From Candidatus Lloydbacteria bacterium RIFCSPHIGHO2_02_FULL_50_18 (GTDB lineage Bacteria; Patescibacteriota; Minisyncoccia; Phycocordibacterales; UBA6899): a stretch of 64,000 bases of DNA. The position numbers were made by a program, and so were the translations under genes. Shown in pieces: positions 35,760 through 45,104 of this stretch (position 1 is the stretch's first letter; every line of letters begins with the position of its first letter). Below the pieces are notes generated by a model that searched no databases, was not told where the DNA came from, and saw nothing but the letters and a program-made list of their open reading frames with translations. The stretch lies in the NCBI GenBank assembly GCA_001821395.1, contig MHLM01000001.1, positions 64,001 to 128,000 on the forward strand, read 5' to 3'.

Positions 35760-36854
35760 TTACGCATCCTCCATCCTTGGCTTCTCAAGAAGAGTGGGTT
35801 CAAGTCCCGGGGTATTCCCAGTTATACGTGTGACATCTTTGTCGAGTTTCCCCATTTCCTTATAAGCGGCGTTATAGTGGTTCACTGTCGTACTAAGCGC
35901 ATTTCCAAGCTTTCCCATATAGTCCTCATAAGCCTTAAGATGCTTTCCCAGCTCATCGACGCGCTTAATGATGTCTTTAGCAGATTCCTCGATCTTGAAG
36001 GCCTTAAAGCCGTACAAGACCGACTGGAGATAGGCCGCGAAGGTCGTCGGGGAAACAATGATGACCTTCTTTTCATTATAGGCATAGTCAATGAGATTCC
36101 TAGTATTCACCTTGATCGCCCCCACTTCATTCACCAAGAGGTCGTAATATATGCCCTCCGCGGGAATAAACATGAACGCAAACGGGAGCGTCCCCTCTTC
36201 AGGGCGAATATATTTTGAGGTTTCATCGATACGTTTCTTAAGATCGTTTTTGAATTCTTTTTCAAGCTCTTCACGCTGCTTGTCGTCGACCGCCATCGTC
36301 ACACGATTATAGTTATCAAGTGAAAACTTTGCGTCGACGGGAATGAAGCCATCTTTAGTGATGATGACCGCATCGACGGCGTCGTTGTTGAGAAAACGAT
36401 GCTGCATCTTATATGCACCGGGTGGCAGAATATTCGAGAGAATAAGCTCAAGCGATGCTTCGCCCAGGTTGCCGCGTTGTTTCTGGTGTTTGAGTACTTT
36501 TTCAAGATTCGCAAGCTGTTCTGCGATCGCCATGAATCGCGTCGTTGATTCGTTGGTCTTGGTCTGCTCGCGCGCTACTTCAACGAGACTCTTATTCATC
36601 TGCTCGTTTATCTCGCGAAGCAGTTTTTGTGATTCAGAGAATTGTGTCCGCACTGCCTCCGTCATGTCGCGGCGAGATTCCCCCATCTTTGAATCGATGG
36701 TCTTTGCGAGTTCCGCCATCTGCTGTTGAAGCATCAAAAGCGCCTGTGCATTGGCACTCTCTTTCGGAGTCACCTCAGTGCGCAACTTCAAATAGACCAG
36801 GGCGACGATTACTCCCACTAAACAACCAATGACAATGAAGATAAGGTTATCCAT
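35760..36854 (-). CDS. rmuC: DNA recombination protein RmuC
   Basis: N-terminal TM, extended coiled coils, C-terminal RmuC nuclease-like domain 'PFAFMFIPAEGIYYDLL'. Confidence 0.8.
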   Translation of the reverse strand: MDNLIFIVIGCLVGVIVALVYLKLRTEVTPKESANAQALLMLQQQMAELAKTIDSKMGESRRDMTEAVRTQFSESQKLLREINEQMNKSLVEVAREQTKTNESTTRFMAIAEQLANLEKVLKHQKQRGNLGEASLELILSNILPPGAYKMQHRFLNNDAVDAVIITKDGFIPVDAKFSLDNYNRVTMAVDDKQREELEKEFKNDLKKRIDETSKYIRPEEGTLPFAFMFIPAEGIYYDLLVNEVGAIKVNTRNLIDYAYNEKKVIIVSPTTFAAYLQSVLYGFKAFKIEESAKDIIKRVDELGKHLKAYEDYMGKLGNALSTTVNHYNAAYKEMGKLDKDVTRITGNTPGLEPTLLEKPRMEDA

Positions 36855-36872
36855 ATTCGATATCGTATCATG

Positions 36873-39587
36873 CTAGCGGCGACGCTCAAACAGGAAATAC
36901 TTAGCGACCTCAACGGCAAAAAGATTGGCAATGATTGCAATTAGAAGCGGGAGTAGGTGTGGGGTAATGGCCATGTCGCTCAAGCGAAGCAGGTGACGAA
37001 CTAATTCAATCTTCAGCGCAAGAACGAGGCCGAAAATTGCAAAAGCGAAGGCTCCGAGTAAATATCGATTTGTCCAAAATTTTATCCTGTGCAATGGTGC
37101 CCGCAGGTCTTTAAGAGAGAAAGCAATGAGTATCGTGCCGAGCGTCAAAAAGAGGAATGCGAGGGTGCGAGCGTCGGAAATAGGGAGCATGCGGACCTTT
37201 AAGAGATAGGCATAGAACAAAAGAATCGTTACTCCACCGGAAATTCCTACCGCAACGATGAATCTCGTTAATTGGGGGGAGAGCATATTGCGCGCGCCTG
37301 CAACCCTCGGGTCGCGGCGCATAAGATCTCCTTCCTTGGGCTCAAACGCAAACGCAAAATTCATAAATCCCTCCGTAAGCATGTTGGTCCATAGTATCTG
37401 GGCGGGCAATATGGGAATGGGGATCCCGAATGCAAGTGCACCGCCTACCGCAATGATCTCAGTAAATGATGTCGACAAAAGATATGCGACGATCTTTCGG
37501 AGATTGTCCACGATACGGCGACCCTCCTCTATCGCGGCAACGATGATCGCGAAACTGTTATTGAGCAGGACAAGATCTGATGCTTCTTTTGCCACTTCTG
37601 TTCCTGAGCCTAGTGCAACTCCGATGTTTGCAGCCCGCAATGCGGGAGCATCATTTACCCCGTCGCCGGTCATTGCAACGATCTCACCGGAAGCTGAAAG
37701 CACGCGAGTTAAACGAAGTTTATGCTCAGGTAGCATGCGCGCAAAAACAGTTGTCGTATGAAGCATCTTCACGAGATCCTCATCAGTTGCACTTTCAACG
37801 TCAGTCCCCATCGCGACATCGTCACCGTTTTTCCAAATACCGCACTCCCTTGCTATCGTCCTCGCAGTCTCAGGATTATCCCCTGTTGCCATAATAACGC
37901 GCGAGCCCGCAAGCTGTGCGATGCGGATCGCATCTTTGACATCATCACGAAGCGGATCATGCAGTACGATAAAACCGGCAAAAACAAGCCGCTCAGTGAT
38001 CTTTGCCCTTATTTGCGCAGTGTTTTCTTCAAATGACTCAACCGAGGTGTCTTGATATGCTACGCCGATCAATCGAAAGCCGTCACTGGTATATTGCTTA
38101 AGCTCTCGTTCAAGGCGTTCCTTGATCTCCTTAGCATTAATGTGCGTTTTCCCCTGCACATATACCTCGGTAGCATGCTCCAAAATATATTCCGGTGCCC
38201 CCGTAACATAAATACGATTATGCTTTAGTCCGCGCACATGATGCAGTGAAACCGCAACGCGGTATTTAGATTCGAACGGAAAAATATCGATGCGGGGATA
38301 ATTCTTCAAAAGCTCCGTTTGATTCAATCCCGATGCAAGGGCAGCAAGAACAACTGCGCGTTCGACAGGTCTCCCTCGTACGACCTGTTCAGAAAGTGAG
38401 TCCTCTGCGCCACCCTTACGCTCGATGAATGCATCCGAACACAGTGCGGCAAACTCGAGCACGTCTCGCTCGTCCCCGTGCACCTCGTGATCCTTATGCT
38501 CATCGACGCGATCGGCTACCGCAAGAATACCACCATACGTCACGACTTTCGCAACCACCATTTCTGCACGTGTCAGTGTTCCCGTTTTATCGGTGAGAAT
38601 AACCGTCGTAGATCCGAGTGTTTCTGCGGCCAAAAGATTTCGTACCAGACCACCCCGCTTCAGTATCGCCTCCATTCCCACCGCAAGCACGACCGTCACC
38701 GCCGCAGGTAGCCCCTCGGGAATAGCCGCAACGGCAATAGCGATCGAGATGAGCAATAGTTCCGTGAGTGGTTCGCCGCGCATGACTCCAAGCATAAAGA
38801 TGCCGAAAAGTGCAAAGAGTACTATATAGGACATGAGTCGGGCGACACGAGTAATATTTTCCTGGAGCGGAGTAAGCAGATCGCCACCCTCACCGAGTGA
38901 TACGGCGATTGCTCCTATGCGTGTCGCATTTCCTATGGCAACAACGACCCCCATACCTGAACCACCCGTTACGAGTGTGCCCATGAAAACCATGTTTTTC
39001 TGTTCCACAAAAGGTACGACGGTATCATACGCTTCGGTGCGCTTGTGCACATCGATCCACTCTCCGGTGAGCGGAGATTCATTCACATCAAGGTTATTCG
39101 CAGAAATAATCCGTATATCAGCCGGGACATTCACTCCGGTCTCAAGCACAACGAGATCTCCGGTGGTTAGGTCTTCAGCAGAAATGCGCTCCTTCATTCC
39201 GTTGCGCACCACTGTGGCAAATTTTTCTTGTGATTCACGCAAGCGCTCAAATGCGCTCGACGCACGACCTTCCTGATAGAGACTGATCGCAATATTGATG
39301 ATAAGGGCCAAAAAAATAACAGTAGAATCTACATACTGTCCAAGAAGCGTTGTCACGATTCCAGCACACAAGAGAATGAACGTCAGAGGATTTTTGAGCT
39401 CGCCGACAATTCGGTCGATCGGTGTTATCCTTTTTTCTTCCCTGAACGCATTTGGCCCAACCTCAGCGAGGCGCGAAAGTGCAGCCTTCGTTGTGAGTCC
39501 ATCCTTAAGGTCCGTGTGTAATATTTTTGCTACGGCTTCGCCATTCATGCGATACCATTCGTGTCCATCCGATTTTGTTTCATGCAT
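36873..39587 (-). CDS. P-type cation-transporting ATPase (P2-type, Ca2+/Mg2+-like)
   Basis: Phosphorylation site 'DKTGTLT'. Hinge 'MTGDGVNDAPALRAANIGVA'. 'TGES'-type actuator region. 10 TM helices. Start assigned to the Met (39587) preceding the conserved 'WYRMNGEAVAKIL...DGLT' N-terminus, downstream of a TATAAT. Track start 39662 would overlap the GGDEF gene and its terminator. Confidence 0.85.
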   Translation of the reverse strand: MHETKSDGHEWYRMNGEAVAKILHTDLKDGLTTKAALSRLAEVGPNAFREEKRITPIDRIVGELKNPLTFILLCAGIVTTLLGQYVDSTVIFLALIINIAISLYQEGRASSAFERLRESQEKFATVVRNGMKERISAEDLTTGDLVVLETGVNVPADIRIISANNLDVNESPLTGEWIDVHKRTEAYDTVVPFVEQKNMVFMGTLVTGGSGMGVVVAIGNATRIGAIAVSLGEGGDLLTPLQENITRVARLMSYIVLFALFGIFMLGVMRGEPLTELLLISIAIAVAAIPEGLPAAVTVVLAVGMEAILKRGGLVRNLLAAETLGSTTVILTDKTGTLTRAEMVVAKVVTYGGILAVADRVDEHKDHEVHGDERDVLEFAALCSDAFIERKGGAEDSLSEQVVRGRPVERAVVLAALASGLNQTELLKNYPRIDIFPFESKYRVAVSLHHVRGLKHNRIYVTGAPEYILEHATEVYVQGKTHINAKEIKERLERELKQYTSDGFRLIGVAYQDTSVESFEENTAQIRAKITERLVFAGFIVLHDPLRDDVKDAIRIAQLAGSRVIMATGDNPETARTIARECGIWKNGDDVAMGTDVESATDEDLVKMLHTTTVFARMLPEHKLRLTRVLSASGEIVAMTGDGVNDAPALRAANIGVALGSGTEVAKEASDLVLLNNSFAIIVAAIEEGRRIVDNLRKIVAYLLSTSFTEIIAVGGALAFGIPIPILPAQILWTNMLTEGFMNFAFAFEPKEGDLMRRDPRVAGARNMLSPQLTRFIVAVGISGGVTILLFYAYLLKVRMLPISDARTLAFLFLTLGTILIAFSLKDLRAPLHRIKFWTNRYLLGAFAFAIFGLVLALKIELVRHLLRLSDMAITPHLLPLLIAIIANLFAVEVAKYFLFERRR

Positions 39588-39600
39588 CGTATTATTATAC

Positions 39601-39627
39601 CAAAAAAAAGAGGCCCGTATGGGCCTC
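39601..39627 (-). terminator. Rho-independent terminator after the GGDEF gene
   Basis: 'gaggccc-atac-gggcctc' followed on the minus strand by UUUUUUUUG. Confidence 0.7.
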
Positions 39628-39642
39628 AGTGGGAGAACAAGT

Positions 39643-40320
39643 TTATGTTTTTTTTGCGTCACGCTCGCGCTTCATACGAAATACGGCACGGTCTGCGGCG
39701 AGGATCAGATCAAGGATCTTCTCGGGATCATTGATCGTGATCACCTTGAACGAAAAGGACATGAGCACTTCAGAAGTTTCATCGTTGATCCGATCAAGAC
39801 TCCACGGATACCGGCCAAACGACCGCTTGAGCTCATTCATGCGCATCTCGATGTATTCCGAAGAGATGCCCTCAGCGATGACGATAAACTCATCACCTCC
39901 GACGCGTCCCGCCATGTCATAATCGCGAAAATGATCATTGATCAAACGCCCAAAGACCCGCAGCACTTCATCACCGCCGGCATGACCAAAAGCAGTATTG
40001 ATGCTTTTGAACCGGTCGAGATCGAGCACCACAAGCGATCCGTAGGTTTCTCCATTCTTCAGCGTGCGCCTACGCATGCGCGGAAGTATGATCTTCTCAA
40101 TAAGCATAAAGAATGCATCCCGAGTGAACAGACCCGTTAGCTTATCCGTAATGAGTTGCTTGTGAGTACGCGCCAGGAAAATCGTAAGCGCATCCCACCC
40201 ACCGCGTTCAAACGACGACCTTGCCTCGACAAGAAAGCGCTGAAAAAGACTTATGGACGGCGTACGTTGCTTTTCGAAAACCTGAACTTCAGGCGGGACG
40301 ACCGATTTTAAAGCTGACAT
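39643..40320 (-). CDS. GGDEF-domain protein (diguanylate cyclase), no sensor domain
   Basis: 'RVGGDEFIVIA' active-site motif with upstream 'LTGLFTRDAF' and 'VLDLDRFKSIN'. RBS 'aaagga' before the Met at 40320 (track start 40371 further upstream). Confidence 0.75.
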   Translation of the reverse strand: MSALKSVVPPEVQVFEKQRTPSISLFQRFLVEARSSFERGGWDALTIFLARTHKQLITDKLTGLFTRDAFFMLIEKIILPRMRRRTLKNGETYGSLVVLDLDRFKSINTAFGHAGGDEVLRVFGRLINDHFRDYDMAGRVGGDEFIVIAEGISSEYIEMRMNELKRSFGRYPWSLDRINDETSEVLMSFSFKVITINDPEKILDLILAADRAVFRMKRERDAKKT

Positions 40321-40458
40321 TTTGATTCCTTTCGGTGTTCGTAAACTATTGAAAAACAGAACTCTGCGCAAACCATAGCACTGTTATCAATATTAGTCAA
40401 ATACTCGAATGACTATTTTGACGTTATACTCCCCTATATATTTGCTAATCCAACCACC

Positions 40459-40911
40459 ATGCTCCACCAACAAATTCGCGAAGAGATAAAAAACGCCATG
40501 CGTGCAAAAGAGACACTCAGACTTGAGGTCCTTCGCTCCATCCTAACCGGATTTATCAATGAATTGGTCGCAACGCGTCGAACACCGCAAGAGATACTTG
40601 AAGACGCCGGCTGTATCACGGTGATCAAACGCCAAGTAAAACAGCGCAAAGATTCCTACGAACAATTCATGGCGGGCGGACGCCCGGAGCTTGCACAGAA
40701 AGAGAAGGACGAGCTCGTTATCCTTGAGGCGTTCCTCCCTCAAATGATGGGGCGTGAAGAGATCAAGAAGATCGCAGAAAAAACAAAGGCCGAACTCGGA
40801 GTGACCGACAAAAGTGGAATGGGTAAATTCATCGGTGCAGTCATGAAAGCATGCGGCGGAAATGCGGATGGTAACGACGTGAAGGCCGTTGTCGAAGAAC
40901 TCCTCTCCTAG
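40459..40911 (+). CDS. GatB/YqeY-domain protein
   Basis: 'IREEIKNAMRAKETLRLEVLRSIL...ELAQKEKDELVILEAFLP' is a typical YqeY pattern. 150 aa. Confidence 0.8.
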   Translation: MLHQQIREEIKNAMRAKETLRLEVLRSILTGFINELVATRRTPQEILEDAGCITVIKRQVKQRKDSYEQFMAGGRPELAQKEKDELVILEAFLPQMMGREEIKKIAEKTKAELGVTDKSGMGKFIGAVMKACGGNADGNDVKAVVEELLS

Positions 40912-40935
40912 CAAAAACAGGGATCATGTCACTCA

Positions 40936-40962
40936 AGCTACATAGGGTACCCCTATGTAGCT
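40936..40962. promoter_or_regulatory. Perfect palindrome 'agctacataggg-tac-ccctatgtagct' (12-bp arms)
   Basis: Read directly. 25 nt downstream of yqeY stop, ~80 nt upstream of the next ORF. No T-run, so an operator role is as plausible as terminator. Confidence 0.5.
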
Positions 40963-41043
40963 TTGCCATTGCGTAGATGCAATATTTATGATATAATGAA
41001 CCTAGCAAATTTAAGTACTTTTCATCATTTTCAGGAGATAAAA

Positions 41044-41733
41044 ATGCTCGATAAAATCATTCTCGCGGATGAGGTATCTCACCTCATCAAGACTACCTAT
41101 CGAGATACGCCGAAGGGCATGCTTCCGTTCAACCTCGCTTTCACCGACGTGATGAATAAACACGGCGTCACCGGAAGTGCCCGCGGTGGGCTCAAGTCTG
41201 AAATTGGTCGTATTCTTGCGACTCGTCCACGTACGACAAGAACGACGGGGATCAGCAAAAAGAGACCGACGACACCTTCTGTGAAAACGCAGGAATTCTC
41301 GGTGACCGAGAAGACACATAACCGAGTCATACTGGTTCATCTTTCAACTGGGTGCGAAATCACCTATGTCCACAGCACGGAGGGGCTGGTGGTCTGTAGC
41401 TCGCATAGGGGTTATCCGACACTTCAAGTGATAAGGCAAGGAGCAATTATTGCGGCATCATATTTTGTCGGCATGGACCAAGGGGTTATCGAGCAGTCAT
41501 CAATCACACTTGGCGAGCGTTCGGATGATATAGCGACCCTCACGATCGCAGGCAAATGGAAAATGATCGCCTGTCGAGGAGCAAAAGGCTCGATTGTGGC
41601 TCAAGTGAGTGATAGCAGGTCGGGCAAACCAGTCAAACAAAAAGACTTACCGGGGATGCTTCTTCAAGAGGCACGGGCTATTGTGTCCCGATATTTCATG
41701 GACACGCGCACCGGTGACTTTTTCACAAAATGA
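41044..41733 (+). CDS. Hypothetical protein (229 aa) with basic Thr/Arg-rich low-complexity linker
   Basis: RBS 'caggaga' 6 nt before ATG at 41044 (track ORF begins earlier at 40963). Linker 'RPRTTRTTGISKKRPTTPSVKT'. No recognisable domain. Confidence 0.45.
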   Translation: MLDKIILADEVSHLIKTTYRDTPKGMLPFNLAFTDVMNKHGVTGSARGGLKSEIGRILATRPRTTRTTGISKKRPTTPSVKTQEFSVTEKTHNRVILVHLSTGCEITYVHSTEGLVVCSSHRGYPTLQVIRQGAIIAASYFVGMDQGVIEQSSITLGERSDDIATLTIAGKWKMIACRGAKGSIVAQVSDSRSGKPVKQKDLPGMLLQEARAIVSRYFMDTRTGDFFTK

Positions 41734-41820
41734 GCTTTTTTCCACAGATGCAACCCAAAAGGTTGCATCTTTTTTATTACAAAATGATATACTTTCTATA
41801 TTAACAATAACGCTGACATT

Positions 41821-42015
41821 ATGCAGAGCAATCATGCATACAATCTGATGAAGCAATATGTCCAGGAGCACAAGAGCCTCTGGCGTATCAAGCGAGATTA
41901 CATCAAGGATGCAAAAGGGCATCCGGATGCGATCGCTTTCTGGAAGAAAATGCAGGTCGAGAAAGAGAAGCATTTAGCGGAGCTACAGAAACTCGTCGCG
42001 AAATACACCAAATAA
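41821..42015 (+). CDS. Hypothetical 64-aa helical protein
   Basis: Isolated ORF bracketed by its own terminator. Charged, predicted two helices. No recognisable family. Confidence 0.3.
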   Translation: MQSNHAYNLMKQYVQEHKSLWRIKRDYIKDAKGHPDAIAFWKKMQVEKEKHLAELQKLVAKYTK

Positions 42016-42043
42016 TTATTTCCTTATTTGTCTGTAAACAATC

Positions 42044-42075
42044 CCCCGTGTCCGCAAGCACGCGGGTTTTGTTTT
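42044..42075 (+). terminator. GC-rich hairpin plus T-run after the 64-aa ORF
   Basis: 'cccccgtgtccgcaagcacgcggg' then 'ttttgttttat'. Confidence 0.5.
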
Positions 42076-42105
42076 ATATAAAGCAAAAACGAAAACTTCA
42101 ACTTG

Positions 42106-42136
42106 TACTCAAATGAAAAAACTTGCACAAAAGTGC
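42106..42136. terminator. Bidirectional terminator downstream of LOG gene (-)
   Basis: 'aaaaaa-cttgcac-aaaa-gtgcaag-ttttta'. Confidence 0.65.
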
Positions 42137-42166
42137 AAGTTTTTATATATGCTGCATTACGCGTAA

Positions 42167-42907
42167 CTAGAAGTTCGGCTCATGAAAATACTTCTTATAG
42201 AATTTATTGATGATCGCAACCGCCTCCTCGGGCGTATCGACAACATGAAAGAGTTCGAGATCTTCCTTGCTGATATTTCTTTCATCCAACATTTCTTTCC
42301 TGAACCACTCAGCCAAACCTCCCCAATAATCAGTACCAACGAGCACAATAGGAAAACGGGCGATCTTCTCCGTCTGAATAAGCGTCAGCGCTTCCGATAG
42401 TTCGTCAATCGTGCCATACCCTCCGGGAAGCACAACAAAACCTTGCGCATAGCGCATGAACATGACCTTACGTACAAAAAAATACTTAAAATTAAAGATC
42501 TTATCAGTATCAATAAACACATTATGATGCTGCTCGAATGGGAGCTGAATATTGAGTCCAACAGACCTTCCTCCTGCGCGTTGTGCACCCTTATTCGCCG
42601 CCTCCATAATACCCCCGCCGCCGCCCGAGATGATCCCATAACCGCACGTCGTGAGCTGGAAGGCGATCTCCTCTCCAAGCTTATAATACTTATTATTCGG
42701 ATCAGTGCGGGCGGAGCCAAAAATGGATACGCATGGGCCGATCTTGTTCAGACGCTCAAAGCCATCCACGAATTCAGCCATTACTTTAAAGATGTGCCAC
42801 GAGTCATTTCCCTTTAGTCCGCCGCCTTTCCATGTACGCTCCGTAACAGCGGCAAACGCTTTCTTAATGCGAGCTTCGCCACTTTTGGTGATTTCTTTCT
42901 TAGCCAT
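42167..42907 (-). CDS. LOG-family protein (cytokinin riboside 5'-monophosphate phosphoribohydrolase-like / TIGR00730 Rossmann protein)
   Basis: 'VSIFGSARTDPNNKYY', 'GYGIISGGGGGIMEAANKGA', 'PGGYGTIDELSEALTLIQTEK' are the LOG motifs (GGGxGxMxA, PGGxGTxEE). Confidence 0.85.
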   Translation of the reverse strand: MAKKEITKSGEARIKKAFAAVTERTWKGGGLKGNDSWHIFKVMAEFVDGFERLNKIGPCVSIFGSARTDPNNKYYKLGEEIAFQLTTCGYGIISGGGGGIMEAANKGAQRAGGRSVGLNIQLPFEQHHNVFIDTDKIFNFKYFFVRKVMFMRYAQGFVVLPGGYGTIDELSEALTLIQTEKIARFPIVLVGTDYWGGLAEWFRKEMLDERNISKEDLELFHVVDTPEEAVAIINKFYKKYFHEPNF

Positions 42908-42976
42908 ATCATCTTAGAGTAGAGGTATGCCAAAAAAATGCAAGCCAGTTGTGCATCGAAGTAAAATAAGGGGCTG

Positions 42977-43549
42977 CTAAAGAATGCTTTCCAGTTGAGC
43001 GAGATCAACCACCACCTGATCCGGCGCTAAGAGTGCATCATGGAGCATTCCCTGCGCTAAGGGAACACGGTCAATGCGAATACAACGAATATCCGGATTT
43101 TTTCGCTTCACTTCATCGATATTCTGCGGTGAATCATCGACGAATGTATGTTCCCAGCCCGGGTCTCCGACACGTGATAAATATTTACTCGCCTCTTCAC
43201 CCTTACCGGTCAAATTGTCCGTACTACCCTGCGTAATAATGACATCATCAACAAGGGGGATGATCCCCGAACCGCGAAGCTTTTTTCGCTGCAGAACGAC
43301 ATTGACCGCATACGTGAGAATAACAATGCGATGAGTTAAGCGCACTCGCTTCAAAAAATTGACGGTATCCGGATAAAGATAACTCGCAAAATCCGGCGGG
43401 GCTATCTCGCCGGACGTCAATGCGAGGATCCGTTCAAAACGATTCGGACCGATCCACGCATACAGCTGATCGGTATCAAAAATGGTTCGGTCGAAATCGA
43501 GGAATACTATGGGCTTCATGTATTCACTATACCAGAAGCAGAAAGGCAA
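42977..43549 (-). CDS. HAD-superfamily hydrolase
   Basis: Motif I 'VFLDFDRTIFDTD' (DxD). C-terminal 'VDDSPQN' motif IV-like. Confidence 0.7.
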   Translation of the reverse strand: MPFCFWYSEYMKPIVFLDFDRTIFDTDQLYAWIGPNRFERILALTSGEIAPPDFASYLYPDTVNFLKRVRLTHRIVILTYAVNVVLQRKKLRGSGIIPLVDDVIITQGSTDNLTGKGEEASKYLSRVGDPGWEHTFVDDSPQNIDEVKRKNPDIRCIRIDRVPLAQGMLHDALLAPDQVVVDLAQLESIL

Positions 43550-43555
43550 TGGTGC

Positions 43556-44029
43556 CTACTTCGGCGTATCTGTTGCTGTTCCTGTCTGAAGCGAGAGATT
43601 TGCGAGTCCGTGCTGCAAAAATTCCTTATCATACATGTCGGCCCTTTCTTCAAGCAGATTCTCATAATTCTCTTCAGACATTTTTTCCTTAACGTCTTTC
43701 CCGTGCATCGCTTCGACATCACGCTCGGCAAGTTTCTCCGACAAGAGTTCAACCATGACATGGAGATCGTATTCATCCATCAACTTGTTCACTTCGGGGT
43801 CGTTCTCAAATACGCGCGAAGGATGATGATGCTCTTCACCCGCCAGCTTGTGTCGTGAAGTAGCCGCTGGATACCCGGCATCTTTTGCACGCGAAAAGAC
43901 GTACTGCTCAAGATCATCATACGCTACCTCAAAATCAATATCGCGATGACCGTTCGCGACCGTATTCGCTATATAGACCATCCGTAAAAGGGTCTTGAAT
44001 TGTTCGGGGGTGAATGCAAGTCCTATCAT
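43556..44029 (-). CDS. Hypothetical protein (157 aa), acidic, no recognisable domain
   Basis: ORF packed 6 nt upstream of the HAD gene on the same strand. Confidence 0.45.
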   Translation of the reverse strand: MIGLAFTPEQFKTLLRMVYIANTVANGHRDIDFEVAYDDLEQYVFSRAKDAGYPAATSRHKLAGEEHHHPSRVFENDPEVNKLMDEYDLHVMVELLSEKLAERDVEAMHGKDVKEKMSEENYENLLEERADMYDKEFLQHGLANLSLQTGTATDTPK

Positions 44030-44063
44030 AGAAAATGACTATAACACAACACCGGATGCGACA

Positions 44064-44324
44064 CTATTCGAAGAGCGCAGCGTTCGTTTCCGCATTGCGC
44101 TCATTCAATTTCTTCTGCACAACCTTTGCGGCATCGACATCCGCATGTGCTCGCTCAAACCCAGTCCTCGCGGGCGTTCCGCTTGCAGAAAGTGGCTGAA
44201 ACGAATCGGTCGCCGGAGGCAGTTGCGGCGTGAAATATATCTTTGTATACAATAGTCCGATGATCGCGACGATGACCATAAGTGCGATGAGTGGAAGATA
44301 GCCGCCTTCGCTGTTCTTTTGCAT
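44064..44324 (-). CDS. Small membrane-anchored protein (~87 aa from internal Met)
   Basis: N-terminal TM 'LPLIALMVIVAIIGLLY'. Track ORF extends to 44465 but that part overlaps the YgjP gene in another frame. Confidence 0.3.
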   Translation of the reverse strand: MQKNSEGGYLPLIALMVIVAIIGLLYTKIYFTPQLPPATDSFQPLSASGTPARTGFERAHADVDAAKVVQKKLNERNAETNAALFE

Positions 44325-44391
44325 AAACAAATAGTAGCGATATTTAAGCAATGAGACAATATCAGGGCGCTCCCCAAAATAATAAAAATGT

Positions 44392-44823
44392 TCAATGGCC
44401 ACCTTTTGCGAACACCGTAAGCGCACGTCTCCGCACGAGGTGATCAGGTACGGTTTGCGCAACAAGAGCCCAGAATTCTTTGGAATGATCGAACATCACG
44501 AGATGACAGAGTTCGTGCACGATAATGTAATCCTGGAGCGGTTCGGGCAGTGTCAGGATCCGATAGTTAAAATTAAGATTCCCCTTCTTTGAACAGCTCC
44601 CCCAACGTGAGCGCTGATCCCTGATCGCGACCCTGTTGTACGCCAAATTGTAATGCCGATTCCACTCTGAGAGTTTGCGATGCACCAATATACGCGCTTC
44701 TTCTTTCTGTGCCGTATACGCCCGTTTTGAGCCCGTGAGACCGCCTATCCGACGTCGTTTGGTATAAATACGGTAGCGGACCGGGAATAGACCGAAGAGC
44801 CTTTTGAGGATGATGCGTGGCAT
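44392..44823 (-). CDS. YgjP/DUF45-family metal-dependent hydrolase (SprT/WLM-like HExxH)
   Basis: 'AIRDQRSRWGSCSKKGNLNFNYRIL' and 'YIIVHELCHLVMFDHSKEFWALV' match the YgjP family pattern. Confidence 0.75.
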   Translation of the reverse strand: MPRIILKRLFGLFPVRYRIYTKRRRIGGLTGSKRAYTAQKEEARILVHRKLSEWNRHYNLAYNRVAIRDQRSRWGSCSKKGNLNFNYRILTLPEPLQDYIIVHELCHLVMFDHSKEFWALVAQTVPDHLVRRRALTVFAKGGH

Positions 44824-44879
44824 ATATAGGCAGTATTATCGCATGATACCTCTACCTCGGCACGTTTGACCTGTTCCCG

Positions 44880-45050
44880 ATAATTTACATGAAATGAAAC
44901 GGACCGCCATCGCGTCATAAGCAACAGCATGAGCCGGTGAACTATTTCAGCAATTGCCTTTTCGGCAGAAAGACGACCGTCGGGTTGTTTTTCCGGAAAC
45001 AGATCCAATTTTCGCATAGATCGCATCGACATCTTTTTTATTCATTTTTA
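44880..45050 (-). pseudogene. Remnant of a PAS-protein paralog (start codon plus 10 codons joined out of frame to an internal fragment)
   Basis: Minus-strand 'MNKKDVDAIYAK' at ~45041 matches 'MNTNKKNVDAIYRE' of the 47350-47919 PAS protein. Downstream DNA 'aaagacgaccgtcgggttgtttttccgga' repeats the 47660-47700 segment (EKQPDGRLS). Reading frame broken by a large internal deletion. Confidence 0.45.
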
Positions 45051-45104
45051 TGTAGGCCTATTGATTTGATGGATGATGTGACACAAGGTCAATTATCCGC
45101 ACCA

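Noticed and set aside
39295-40140. 281-aa + strand ORF
   Set aside because: Antisense to the P-type ATPase N-terminus and the GGDEF gene, both of which have strong motif support.
44325-44465. N-terminal extension of the small membrane-protein ORF
   Set aside because: Overlaps the 3' end of the YgjP gene in another frame. Internal Met at 44324 precedes the hydrophobic helix, so the gene was trimmed.
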